DNA of 64,000 nucleotides from Ramazzottius varieornatus (taxonomy: Eukaryota > Animalia > Tardigrada): contig BDGG01000005.1 of the NCBI GenBank assembly GCA_001949185.1, positions 2,283,249 to 2,347,248 of the forward strand. Reading direction: 5' to 3'. Below, one piece after another: positions 47,501-59,182 of the stretch; the first letter of the stretch is position 1, and each line of letters begins with the position of its first letter. The translations under genes were made by a program, and so were the position numbers. A model generated the notes under the pieces. It was not told the origin of the DNA, made no database searches, and saw only the letters and a program-made list of their open reading frames with translations.

Positions 47501-50500
47501 AGTAAGTCGACATAGCAAGAATGTTCGACCCGTCGGCAGATGATTTCACCCAAATCACTATCCCAAGTGGCACAAAGTTTCATTGTTGCTGGTTAAAAGT
47601 GTGTGCTACTTGGGAAAAAAGATCAAGGACAATTTATTTGCCGACGTCCCTCTCGTTCATAACGAAACTTTTCTGTGCGAAACAGAGTACCATTGACGGT
47701 GGAAGCGTCGAGGAGAACGACGAACACCTGACGCGCTACTTTTGGGCTCAGAGGTTCTTCATGGCTTTTGCTCGAGTTCGTAACATCACCGTGGAATATG
47801 TCAGGTAAAAAGCAACCCTAAATTTCTCATGAATTCAGTATCATGAGTTTTTTTTTCATAGTGAGACCATATCGTCGGAGATGTTTCACTTCGTGCTGAC
47901 GAATATGGAACGCTTCTCCGACATGATGCTCACCGACAAGGCCAATCCGACTCTGTGGAGTAGCAGGTACGTTGGCTGGCGATCGGAAGTCTGCCTTCTT
48001 TAGTCTGACATATGTAGTAGCTGACTGACTGTTTTGTCTTGCCGCAGGACGCATGTTGCTTTGAGAGCTTACAAAGAGCTTTTGATGACTCTGGGAGGAA
48101 TGGCGACCGGTAGTGACGAGGCCATTGCTCGTGCTGCCAAGCAGATCCAGTCGAACGTTTTCTATCAACCCGAGTATCGAGATGTCTTCTTCAAACTTCT
48201 TCGCGAGTTCAACGAAGCCAAATATACAAGGTAAGCAGGCCTAAATCATACTTATCTCAATGCCTTCGATTTCTGATGTCTGATTCTTGCTACAGAGAGT
48301 ACCTCAAAGACTTGATTCTGACTGTCCACATTTTTCTGAAGCTGCTAGAAGTCTACCTGAAGAAGACGAGCCATCTGTTTGTCTTGAAGAAAGCTAGGAA
48401 ACCTGCCGGCAGAACAGCAAAGAAGAGCGGGACGGGACGTGGGAAAAGTAAGGACCTGATCGCCAATCTGACTGCTTAGGCGCTCTGCCTGAGATATACT
48501 GAGATATCGTGCTCGAGAATGTGGCGATGTCTCTGTCTTTGCAGAAAGTACCAAGGCCGATCTCGAAGCTCGATCGAAGCTTTGGGACAACTCCCTCACA
48601 AAGCTAACGTCCATTCTGGAAAGCGCAGATCCGCTCGAACAATCCGTCGTACCGTTCGACACGGCTTCGACTGTGCCGGTTGACGACCAAACGTAAGTCT
48701 GCAATTTTTCCAACTTACCGTTTGAGCTCGAAAAAGAAATTTGTTATGCTGGAGTTCCATTCCATTTGTTGACAAACCTTTTCCTGCCTAAGTGATGTCG
48801 CGCGACGACGAATTCAGATGGCGCTGCTGGAGAAAGAACCTGAACGAGCAGTTGCATTGCTCAGAGCGTCCAAGTAAGTCCCGCCGTCCCATTTGGCCTT
48901 TCTCGCTCTTAACACATTTGTCTGATATAGGGAAGTGTGGCAAGGTCTAGATGCGCCTTTTGGTACCACCGGCGACAAGGTCGACGAAGACCTCAAGCGG
49001 CTCAAAGACATTCTTCTTCTGGAACTTCCTGAAGAGACGGTGGAAGAACCTACTCCTCAAGTTGACGCAGAAGCTATTGATGACATCCTGAATGGAACAG
49101 CCGAGGACGGTCTGAACGATGTCGATGGGGAAGAAGACGCCAACAAGAAAGCTGCGGCCTTCAAGGAAGTTGAATTCGAAATGGAATCGTTCTTAAAGAG
49201 GTGTGATTGATTTGATCAATACTGTATTTTAAACAGTTTTGCCTGTGCACGTGTACATACTCTGGTTATCTTGTAAGGTGGCTCAGCGTTTTTCTACCTT
49301 ACTTGCAGTCTTGGTCACTGCATTTTACCTTGATTGTTTTGCTCGATAGGTTTGCCTCACAAGCGCATGTTGAGCCCTACCGCTTACTCCTGCGAGAGCA
49401 TGTAACCAACTCTTTCCTGGTCAACCATGCCATACTGAAGATGCTACACCGCATCGCCGTCGACCTCAAGCTTCCCGGCATGCTTTTCCAGATTTCCTTG
49501 TTCCGTCTGTACCAGAAGATGGTCAGCGGAGGACTGTCTGAGGGCGATCCACGCTTCTTGGCCGAACTGAAACAATTTATGCAGTTCATCCTAGGTAAGT
49601 CTGCTATTGTCCTCCTTTGGGATGTTTATACTAAAGTTTCTTGTAGGTAAGTTTTTCGAGAGGGTTCGCGAAGACCCAAAGAACATACTCGCGGTGCTCT
49701 TTTGGAAGAACCGAAACGAGGCGCTGGAAATTGTCGAAGGCCCTTCCGAGAAGCCAGTACCGGTCAAGAAGCCAAAGGGGAAAGCTGACGCTGTGGGCGG
49801 TACTGGGAACAATTCGGAAGATGCAGTGAGGGCCGGGACCATGGGAAGGGCAAATGGACCTGCCTCGGAGTCTTCAGACGAGGACGAAGACGTATTTTCA
49901 CGACTTCGTAATCTGGAAACGGACGAGCAAGACGAGAACGACGGTAAGGTTACCCGAGCTATTTCATTTCTAACCTGGAAACAAAGTACCGTAAATAAAT
50001 TCGGGGCTCGGCAAAACGACTCGACTAGATCATTTCTCCAAGTGACGCAGTTTTTCAGTAAGTATCACTGTACGTGTGCGCTACTTGGGAACGCTATCCG
50101 GTCGAGTCCTAATGAGTTGATTGAGTTCGAATGAGTAAACGCTGTATTGTCATAATGTCGGCTCCGGAAATCTTGTTCGCAGGTTCGGACGACGAAAGGC
50201 CAGCTCTGGTCAGTGATCCGCCGAAGAGTCGAACCATCAAGCGACTTACCAGTCCGGAAGAGTTCGAGATCAGGAAGGACCTGAAGCGCAAACGGCCCCG
50301 GTCAAAGTCCCCTGCGCCGAGAGCGGGAAGTGAAGTCCATAATCATGAAAGTAACTCGCAGAACATCGACGAAGAGGAAAACAGAATAGAAGACATTGTT
50401 AATCAGATTTCCGGCAAACGGCGAATCGTGAGGAAGCACTTCGACGATGAGGACGATGAGGAAGGAATGCTGCCGAAAGAAACTTCGGCAGCTGCGCAAG

Positions 50501-50793
50501 AAGATGGCAACGAGGATTTTGATTTCTCGGGTCTTAACAACGACACAGAAGCCTTGGAGGAAGACGATGACGTGAAAGCACCAGTAGTTTCGGCCAAGAG
50601 GCAGTCGACACGAAAGCGGTTTTTCGATGACGACGAAGAAAGCAATAGTGCCGTGGTCAACCAACCGGAAATTCCGAAACGGACGGAAAAGCAGAAGTCG
50701 CCTCAAAAGCCGGTTCGTGTGGATTTTGACAGCGATGAGGACGATATAGTTTCGCCTAAACATCGAAAGCTGATCATTGATGACGATGAATAA
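44587..50793 (+). CDS. TIMELESS: TIMELESS (Tim/Tof1/Swi1, timeout type) fork-protection protein, multi-exon; start codon uncertain (possibly exon at 44145-44343)
   Basis: LGTTIKGKYIKGPYC, RHSTFGGSY, FCVRFLQTSYNAFM, RRTHVALRAYKELL, SNVFYQPEYRDVF, YLKDLILTVHIFLKLL, VVPFDTASTVPVDDQ, NHAILKMLHRIA..MLFQISLF, LFWKN match TIMELESS N-terminal/armadillo motifs. Confidence 0.92.
47530..47650. repeat. Palindromic element copy, subtype B (TIMELESS intron)
   Basis: CGTCGGCAGATGATTTCACCC..CCCAAGTGGCAC..GTGCTACTTGGG..ATTTGCCGACG. Confidence 0.85.
50002..50110. repeat. Palindromic element copy (TIMELESS intron)
   Basis: GCTCGGCAAAACGACTCGAC..CCAAGTGACGCA..TGCGCTACTTGG..GTCGAGTC. Confidence 0.8.
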
Positions 50794-51248
50794 AATCACG
50801 CTGAAATTTTAACTATGTTTCGAAACTTCTTTTGAACGCTGTTTTGCATTTTGCGGTCTTTACTCGGTTCTTTTATCCGAATCCTTCCAAAAGAGACGCA
50901 CTGACTACAGCACAGTCCCAAGTCCAACAGTAACAGCCCCAGATGCACAAGAAGCTACAGGAAGACGACTCGCTAAACTACCCAGGAAGATGAATACTTA
51001 TAATACATTATCAAGGGAGAATGTTTTGGTAAAAAGTATGAAAGGTGGCGCGAATGTTACGGCAGGAGTACTCTTGTAAAGATGTGAAAGCGGTTTAGCT
51101 TTCTTTGTAAACAACAAGGAACATAAAGACGTATAGCAACGAACAAAAATAACGATAAAAGCGAGAAACTGACCAAAGGATTCTACTCGTTGAAACAGTT
51201 AAACACAAGGAAAAATTTACTGATAAGGGAAACTTTCTACGCTGAGCT

Positions 51249-52617
51249 TCAGAGGAAATACTCTGGTTGAGGCTTCTTTGTTGGACCAGTACGTAGGTCG
51301 TGTGGTGCAGCTTCGAAGATGATGAAGTTCCTGACTAGGCTGTCGCTGAGTTCCAGAATGGCCGCCACATTCCCACACCGGTAGCAGTAGTTCGGTGCGG
51401 ACCACACCGTAAGGACAGTCTCGTTGAAGTGCCATTTGTAGCCTTCCATTACTAGCTGATGAGCTCGGCATATCAGACTGATGTTGTTTGAATCATTGAA
51501 CTGCTGGGCGACGTCGGACCCGAAGAGATATCCAGCACCTGTTGAACAGACTAGATAGTTAGAATATCGTACGACCTGATCGAAAGGAGTTGACTGACGT
51601 CACCTCGTGGACTGATTCCCCAACCCTCGTTGGTGTCTTCAGGATCCGACCATAAGAGATCGCACATGGGACCATCGTGAGGAACTTCTTGCTTCCGGTC
51701 GATCATACGGATCTGATCGAGCGACTGAATGGAAGGGGAAAGACCGCCGTGGACGCAGAAGATCTTGCCGTCGATCAGGGCCGCCAGGCTGAGGTAGTCG
51801 AAGATTTCGGTGCAGTACCGCCAAACGTTTACTCCGCCGTACTTCCTTACGCACTCGTCGTAGAATCCATAAACCTGCGAATACAGTACTAAACCTTGAG
51901 TTTTCGGATCACGGAAGAAAAACTGCAACAAGAACGTACAGTTCCAGACAAAAAACAGCATTCCGCGAGGTTCGAACCGCGTGTCTACGATAGTTCAACC
52001 CTGCTGTTGGTAAATCGCACCACCGAATATCGCTTAATCAGCGCCAATTGTTGTTCAAACTCGGCAGAATTGTGGTCTCCTCCAGTCAACAAAAACATTC
52101 TTGAACAGCAGCTCGCTCTTGCTTGATTAACTTTTGTCTATAAGAGTGTAAAGCTAAGCCACACACCCCATTTTACTGGCGCAGTTGCACAATTCTCCCA
52201 GTTTTCCTCCACACTTCCACCTCTTCCCGACGTCTTACGAGAGAAACATACCTGGGTAATCTGTCGAGATTCGTGGTTGCCTCTGATGAGAGTAATGCGG
52301 TCAGGATATCTGACTTTGTAAGCCAGGAGGAGCAGGAATGTCTCGACGGAATAGTAGCCCCGATCGACAAAGTCTCCCATGAAGAGGTAATTTGTTTCCG
52401 GTACGTCTCCACCCTTTTTGAATAGCTCCTTGAGATCATAAAATTGTCCATGGATGTCTCCGCAGATGGTAACAGGTGAATCAATCCGCTGGACGTTTCC
52501 TTCCTCGACTAAAATCTCCCGAGCTTTGGCGCACAGCGCTTTCACCTCCGACTCGCTGATGGGCTCGCAGTTCCGTAGCATCTCGATCTGACGATCCAAA
52601 TCCTGGTGTCCAGACAT
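51249..52617 (-). CDS. PPP4C: Serine/threonine protein phosphatase 4 catalytic subunit, 3 coding exons
   Basis: [94 protein letters not shown]-terminal EYFL are PP4-type. Confidence 0.96.
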
Positions 52618-53029
52618 CTTCGGGGATAGTGATTTACCTAGAACCCAGAAATGGGAGTCAGGCAGAGAAACGACGGAGTTATCGAGACGCTGCCGAACGG
52701 CGTTGTTTGGCTTTCTGAAAATATGCGATAACGAAATGCTGACGTCTCGTGACGTCGGGCTCACATGTTGAGTCAGAGACTGGAACCGGTTCGTCCGCTG
52801 CATCACTGGCGTCATCCACCGTCGCGCTCCGATCCGTCTGTATGGAAAGTTTTGGCGGTTAGACAAGGCGGACTGGTTGCGCGATCAATCAGCTGTTTTC
52901 ATTCCGGATTTTCTTCGAACTCTTCTTCCCGACTCTCGCTGGAGGATCTGTAGTCCGATTTCAGTCAGGTGGGAAAGCATCCTATTGAAACTGTTGTTGT
53001 CGTTGTTACAGGCCAGGCGAAGTGGCAAC
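52618..53029. promoter_or_regulatory. Putative bidirectional promoter PPP4C/Claspin
   Basis: 412 bp between divergent ATGs; tandem TGACGTC (CRE-like) at 52740 and 52750; E2F-like TTTGGCGG at 52851-52858. Confidence 0.5.
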
Positions 53030-56000
53030 ATGAAGGATCGAGCAGCTTTACCCGTGGAACTGCCTCCCGTTTCTCCCGTCATCGAGATGGATGTCGACGA
53101 GGACAGCGCTGACTGTTATGGAAAGAATGGAGTTTCTGCCTCTGCGGCATTTCCATCTAGCTTACCACCGACTGATGATGATCAAACGTCGAACATTGTC
53201 GAGGACGTCGCCGTGGAAGACAAGACGGAGGAAGATAATTCCACGAAGACTGACGCGAACGAAGGGACCAATTCTCCTGACCATACCACCTCTTCTGTGC
53301 CCGAGCCTCCTACTCTCCAGGATTCTTCTGATGAAGAAGCTGAAAAGACTCCGAAGATAGCCACCAAAACATCCAAAGTTCTTCTCCGTCGAAACATTTT
53401 GGACGACTCTGACGACGAACCGGATGCAAATAAGCCTGCTGAAATAAACAACGAGGATAGCTTCTTCGAGAAGAATGGTCTGGACGATCTCGAGTTGCTC
53501 GACAGAGAACCCACCGCTAAGCCAAGATCTACTATTGAAAGAGAAATCGATTTCCGAAGAAACATGCTGGAAGATTCCGATGATGAGCCACTTACAAATA
53601 TAGACATGCGGGAAAGCAAGGAGAAGACCGTCGATAGGTATTCAAAAAAGGGTTCTTCGGATTCTTCGTCGGATTCCGATGACGAAAAGAAGGGAAAGAA
53701 ACCAGAGAATAAGCCAGAGCGCAAAGAACGACAGTCGAAGAAGAAAGCTATGGATGAGATGGCCGATCTTCACAAGGAAAGCCAACGGCTTGCGCGAGGT
53801 AAGTTGCTCGATTTTCCTTATTTGCTGTATGTTGACGTTATAAGTGTTGTGCGGTGAAACAGTACTGGTGACACAATAACGTGGTTGTGCATTGACGTCA
53901 TTCGTCGCTGTTGGGAGTGTTCGACGATGTTTCGCTGCTGTCTTCTAGAAACGAAGGTAGCTATGCCGTACCACACTGCTGCGCCGCTTTCCTTGGATCA
54001 GTTCTTCGACTTAATGAAACCTGCGGAGAAGCCCGTGCAGAAGAAACCCTCTTTTATCAACATCGACCTGGGTGATGAGGAACCTGTGGCAGCACCTCCG
54101 ACCAAGCTGGATCGTTTCATCAATCGTTTTCTCACTCACGCTCGCCAACCCGTTCCAAAAACCACCGTCGTCGAGCCACAGTGGGTTTTTAAATAACTAA
54201 GTTCAGTATGGAGTTCTTGTCAAGCTGTTAGTATCACGTCTTGTGATTGTTTTAGGGAAACGAAACAATTTGTCGCTCCGCAGATATCGGTCGAATCGAT
54301 GACGTCGATGGACAACCTCTTCGAAAGCGTGCCTCCAGCGGATGTTCCAGTTGCCGAGAGGGTAGAACTTGCTCCTCTGGTGAAAGAACCATCGAAGGAA
54401 GCTGCTTTTGTGAAGCAGTCGGTGTACGATCTGCCTGGTCTGGCTTCAAAGCTACAGAACCAAAAGCCAGGTACTGTACCATAAAAAAAGATTTTGTTGT
54501 GAGAACTCGGCAAACAATCACGACCAGATTCTGTTCTGAAGTCGCGCACGTTTTCGGTTATACTGGCTGGAAGTGTGCACCACTGAAGAAAACGGTGTGG
54601 TCAAGTTTGATCGCCGAGGTCCCGGATAGTTGTCCAGTTTGGGGAAGTTGGTTGGTTTTCATTCGTTTAGGGGCGAAACTGAGCTTGCTGAAAGCTGCGT
54701 TAGAAGTCGGCATCAATGAGAAGAAAGAAAGGTTCATTCAGCGACAACAAGAAGAGTACGCCAAGCAGAAAGCACTGGAGCCACAGGAAGAAGTGGTCGA
54801 AGAGGAAGAAGAAGAGGAATGTGACGGAGAGTTCTCAGACGATGAAGGTTCAAGTTCAAGCGATGAAAGTGAACCTGACGAGGCCGAGATTGTCGACGAG
54901 AACTACGGAAAAGACGAACCCGAAATAGAGGTACAAGTACCCGACAACGATTCATCGATGAACAATTTCTAAGAATTCTTAATCTGAAATAAAGTCCAAA
55001 GGAACAAATTCAGCGGAATTTTACTGAAGATATTTGGGAGCCTGGCAAACAAACTCAGCAAGATCGTTTTTCCCAGTGGCGTACGCCTTCAGCCATTGAT
55101 ACGGAAAGCCTGCGCCACTTGGAAAGATAATCTTGTCGAGCCCCCTATTTTACTTATAGGTTTAGCTTTACACAACTTTGACTTTCTGGCCTAGACCAAC
55201 GAGTTCGCCGATAACGAAGCCGAGGAAGGTAGCGATGAAGAAGACAGCGGTGACGGCGAAGAAGAGTTCCTCGAGGGTGATGTCGATCTGGAGAAAGAGT
55301 CTGATGGATCAGACGACGAAGTGTTGAACGAGAAGGATAGACGAGCTGCCGTGGACGACGATGAAGACGACCCGTTAGCTGGTCTAGTCGCCACGCCCTC
55401 TATTTCACCCGGAAGCGAGGAAGATGATGAAACCTCCAGACATTTCACGCTGGAGGGTCCTGGTAATGCTCCCGGCTCGCTGATCGACGACATGGACCCC
55501 ACACAACGAGCCAAGTTACTGAGACTGTGCAGCTTCTCTAGTCAGAACAACCTGTCATCTCAGACACAACCTTCCCAAACTCCTTCCTCTCCTCGGTAAT
55601 ACCAGGATTTGTGATTTAACAACTCAACAAGGTTGTTTTATTCGTCTTCGCAGAACGGAACTTTAAGCGGATGTTGGTTCTTGTTCTTGTTAGGTTTGAG
55701 GGTGGATCTGATGGATTTTCCCAAGCGCCGGCTCAACAGCGTAACGAGATTATGGGGACGTTCGACAACGCTGAAGAAAGGGATGAACTGATGGGGCTTC
55801 TCAGTTGCGTTTCTGACGACTTTAAAACGTACGTCGGCTTCCAGCCGATATGAGTAGATTCCGTTTAAGTTGTTCTAACAGTTGAGCAGCTTTTGCTTAC
55901 GGAGGAAAAACTTTACGCGGACAGAGCGCAGATCTTTAATTTTTACATCTGTTCCCTTACGATTTTCACCATCTTTTTACCTTATTTTTGCAGAGCTCCC

Positions 56001-58213
56001 CCTGTGCAATCAGTTCATGCTTTGAAGTACGATGATTTGCCAGCTGAACCTGACGAAGAAAATGAGCCGTTGATCAAACGGCCTCAAGAAACTTCCAAGA
56101 AGACAGCGCAGCGTCGGGCCAGAGTTCTTCTCGATGATGACGACGAAGAGGAGCAAGAAGTCGTCAAACAAACGGAAGTTACAGAGTCAATGTAAGCATT
56201 TTCCTGAACCATTTATCCTATTGGTGATCTAAAATATTTTTCTATTGACCCATGTTGCTCAGTTGGGAGAAGGAAGACGCAGAGGGGAAGCCGCTGCTTG
56301 ACGAAGAAGCGAAGGAGGAAGATGAGGAAGAACCGAAGACGAAGCGCTATGTCCGAGTCGAAGAGGAGAGCGAAGATGATGCGGACGATGAACAAGGCGA
56401 TGACATCGACGTCGATGATGAGGAGGAGGACGAAGAAGAATCTTCCCAAGAACCACCAACGGAGGACGACGAGGAAGGCTTCCAGGAGAATCTCGAACGG
56501 TAAGAAACGTTCCTCCGTTTGGAACTCGGTGAACAAGTTGGCAAAATCATTTCTGAAGTAGCGCATGTTTTCATTGTGTTTGGCTGAAAACGTGCGTCAC
56601 TTGGATGAACGATCTTGGCAGTAGGTCTCGTTTGTAATTTCTAATGATAAATTTGAAGTTTCTTTCCATCTTCTATGCAGGCAGTTCAAAGGCAAAGCGT
56701 CGGCTCGTCGAGTGAAAGCTTCAGAGTTTCTGGAAGAGCAAGCAGAGGAATCTGAAGACGAGTTCTACCGAGGAAGTGGCGATGAGGATGAAGACGCAAT
56801 GGACGAGCTGAACGAGGACGATCTGGCTGCAGTCGACGATACTTATTTCTCGGTGTCCAAACAACTGAAACAAGCTATGCCGGAATATCTGTAAGAATCT
56901 CGGTTACTAATAGGAAAAGTAGCAGAAGTTTTCTTTTTCTCGGGGTTTCGAATGCTTTTGCTTTGTAGACGAAAGCTGGCAGAGGACGACCAAGAAAGGG
57001 AGGAGTACTTGATGGATCGTATTCAGGCATTGCAGGAAGATGAGAACCTTCCGCAGATGCCTGTGACATATTTCGGTAAGCGACACTCTGGTGGACGATA
57101 CAAGAGTCTTTGGTTTGAAAATTGACATTTTTGACATCTCGATAATATTTTGATAGGTGATGGGGCGACATTCCGACTTAACATGGATGGTGACTGTGTG
57201 TCTGACGACGAGAATCTTGACAACAAAGAGGACGAAGTCGCAGACAACGCTTGGCGTGTCACACGTTTTGAGCGGGATCAGGCTCTAGCTTCACTGGCAG
57301 TCGAGGACCAAGCAGTAGGAGACGAAGATGTCTTGTTGAGAGACAACCCGTTCTCGGTCTTTTCCAAGAAGATCCGTGCCCGAGAAAGTGAGTTTACATA
57401 CAGTCTTGATTTTTCGAACCAAAGTGAAACTTATGCAAACAAATTCGACAAGAGATTTGCAAGTGGCGCTTGTCGTCAGCCACTAACACGGAATCGCTGC
57501 GCCACTTGAGAAAACAATCACGATCGACTTCAAAAGTGGCGCATTGTCACAGCCAAATAATACGGGAAGGGTGCGCCACTTGATAAACACTCTTGTCGAA
57601 TTTGTTTTCCGAGCTCGCTGTTACAGTACCCCTGAATTTATCTGCAGTTGAATTTTTCTATCTTGCAGATGCCGACATTTCATTCGAAATGCGAGCGGAA
57701 ACTTCCTTCACCGAAGAAAGTGGCGGTAAAGCCGTCGCGTCGTTTAAACGAAACAGTATTTTGTCCCGTGGCAGCGAGGTCTTGGCTCGCCTGAACGAAG
57801 TCATCGACGTCGAAGAACGACCAGTCATGTCTGCAGCTCTGATCGCTCTCCAGAACGGATCCACACGAAAGGTAGACCAATTCTCCTTATACTGCAGTGT
57901 GTACAGGTGTTTCACGATGATGACTGAAAAGGCCGAAAATGGCAGAGGTGTATTAACCAGTATGCCTCCATGCATTATTCAACGAAACCGATTTCTGACT
58001 GATTGAACTCTACCAAATGCTGTAGTAAACCGAGGGATATCGTCTTGGTTGATGTTTTAGGGTTTGACGATTGATGGAGATCGTCGAGAGAAGCTTCAGC
58101 GCACAGAATCGTGTCCAGCCGAGTCATCCGACGGACCTCCGACCAAGCGGCGTCGCACTGATTACGCACAGAATAACAAGAAGCCAAGTGTTTTCTCCCT
58201 TTTAGGACATTAG
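53030..58213 (+). CDS. CLSPN: Claspin/Mrc1-like replication checkpoint mediator, multi-exon
   Basis: Highly acidic; LHKESQRLARE..MPYH..SLDQFF, KPGAKLSLLKAAL, ELMGLLS (degenerate Chk1-binding-like), FLEEQAEESEDE, RNSILSR, C-terminal SVFSLL follow the order of Claspin conserved blocks. Confidence 0.8.
54501..54623. repeat. Palindromic element copy (Claspin intron)
   Basis: ACTCGGCAAAC..AAGTCGCGCAC..GTGCACCACT..GCCGAGGTCCC. Confidence 0.8.
55036..55145. repeat. Palindromic element copy (Claspin intron)
   Basis: GGGAGCCTGGCAAACAAACTC..AAGATCG..AGTGGCG..TGCGCCACTTGG..ATCTTGTCGAG. Confidence 0.85.
56521..56625. repeat. Palindromic element copy (Claspin intron)
   Basis: GGAACTCGG..AAGTAGCGCA..GTGCGTCACTTGG..CGATCTTG. 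Confidence 0.75.
57428..57616. repeat. Palindromic element, double-core (Claspin intron)
   Basis: Cores at 57461 and 57534 (73 bp apart); arms ACAAATTCGACAAGAG / CTCTTGTCGAATTTGT. Confidence 0.9.
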
Positions 58214-59132
58214 CCTTTGTTGGGTATTGTAGTTTAGTACACTGGCTAACGTACTGTGGTCCTTCTGTCCGATGTACAAGGCATTCGTTTTATGGCGAAC
58301 GTTTACTTTGAATTCATCGCTGTACAGTACTCACATAGCTGCACTCGAGTACTCGAGCTCGCGTAAATCCGGCTGTCGGTTTCGCACTTCAGTTTTGGTT
58401 ACCAATAGCATAGCGAAACTAAAACAATGATGCAAAGGAAAGGGCCTCATTGGGGCTTTGCCCCTTCATTGTCTGCTAAGCGAAGAACCACGTTGGAGAA
58501 ACGGGTCCTGCGGGAACGAAAGGATGTGGGGATGGTAGTTCGGCTGGCGCAAAGCGCGGGAAGGTCGAAGGTACTGATGTCCAACAACTTTGGAATCGTT
58601 TGCCGTATGGGACCTTGATGGAATGCTTTGATAGGCTGAACGTTGGAAGCTTACGTCGCCTTACAAGGTGAAAGTTTGTGCAGAAATCGCTCGGAGTAAA
58701 CAGTAACAAGGGCTGATCTTTTGTCGGCGAGCTCGATACAGTATCGCAGTATTTTAGTGAGCTATTCGGCTTGTAAAGTATGCAGAAAGTGGAAGTCATC
58801 GTTGTGGAATCTTGCATTCCGGAATGAGGGCATCGTCCTCATGAGCTGGTACAAGAAAGGGGAGGAGAAACCAAGGAAAAGACAGTAATTGTCTCAGCCA
58901 GACGAACGATGAAAGCGGTTCCCCATAACACAGTATGACGAGGATACGAATGATCTGATTCGTCGCTCGCCAATAGACAAGGCTATCCTACCCGAAATCT
59001 TTGGAGCGGCCTCCCAGTACGTAAAACACGTGATATGCGACGCTCGAGATTTCAAATGTCCTGATCCCTTGGACAAGTTCGCTCATCGCTCAAGGGACTC
59101 GCTGCTGATGAAGAACCCCCATTACCAGATTA

Positions 59133-59182
59133 CGAATGCGCCACTTGAGATGACGAACTTGCAAGTTCTGTTTTCCGACCTC
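59133..59182. repeat. Palindromic element, right half only
   Basis: TGCGCCACTTGAGATGACGA..GTTTTCCGACCTC. Confidence 0.55.
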
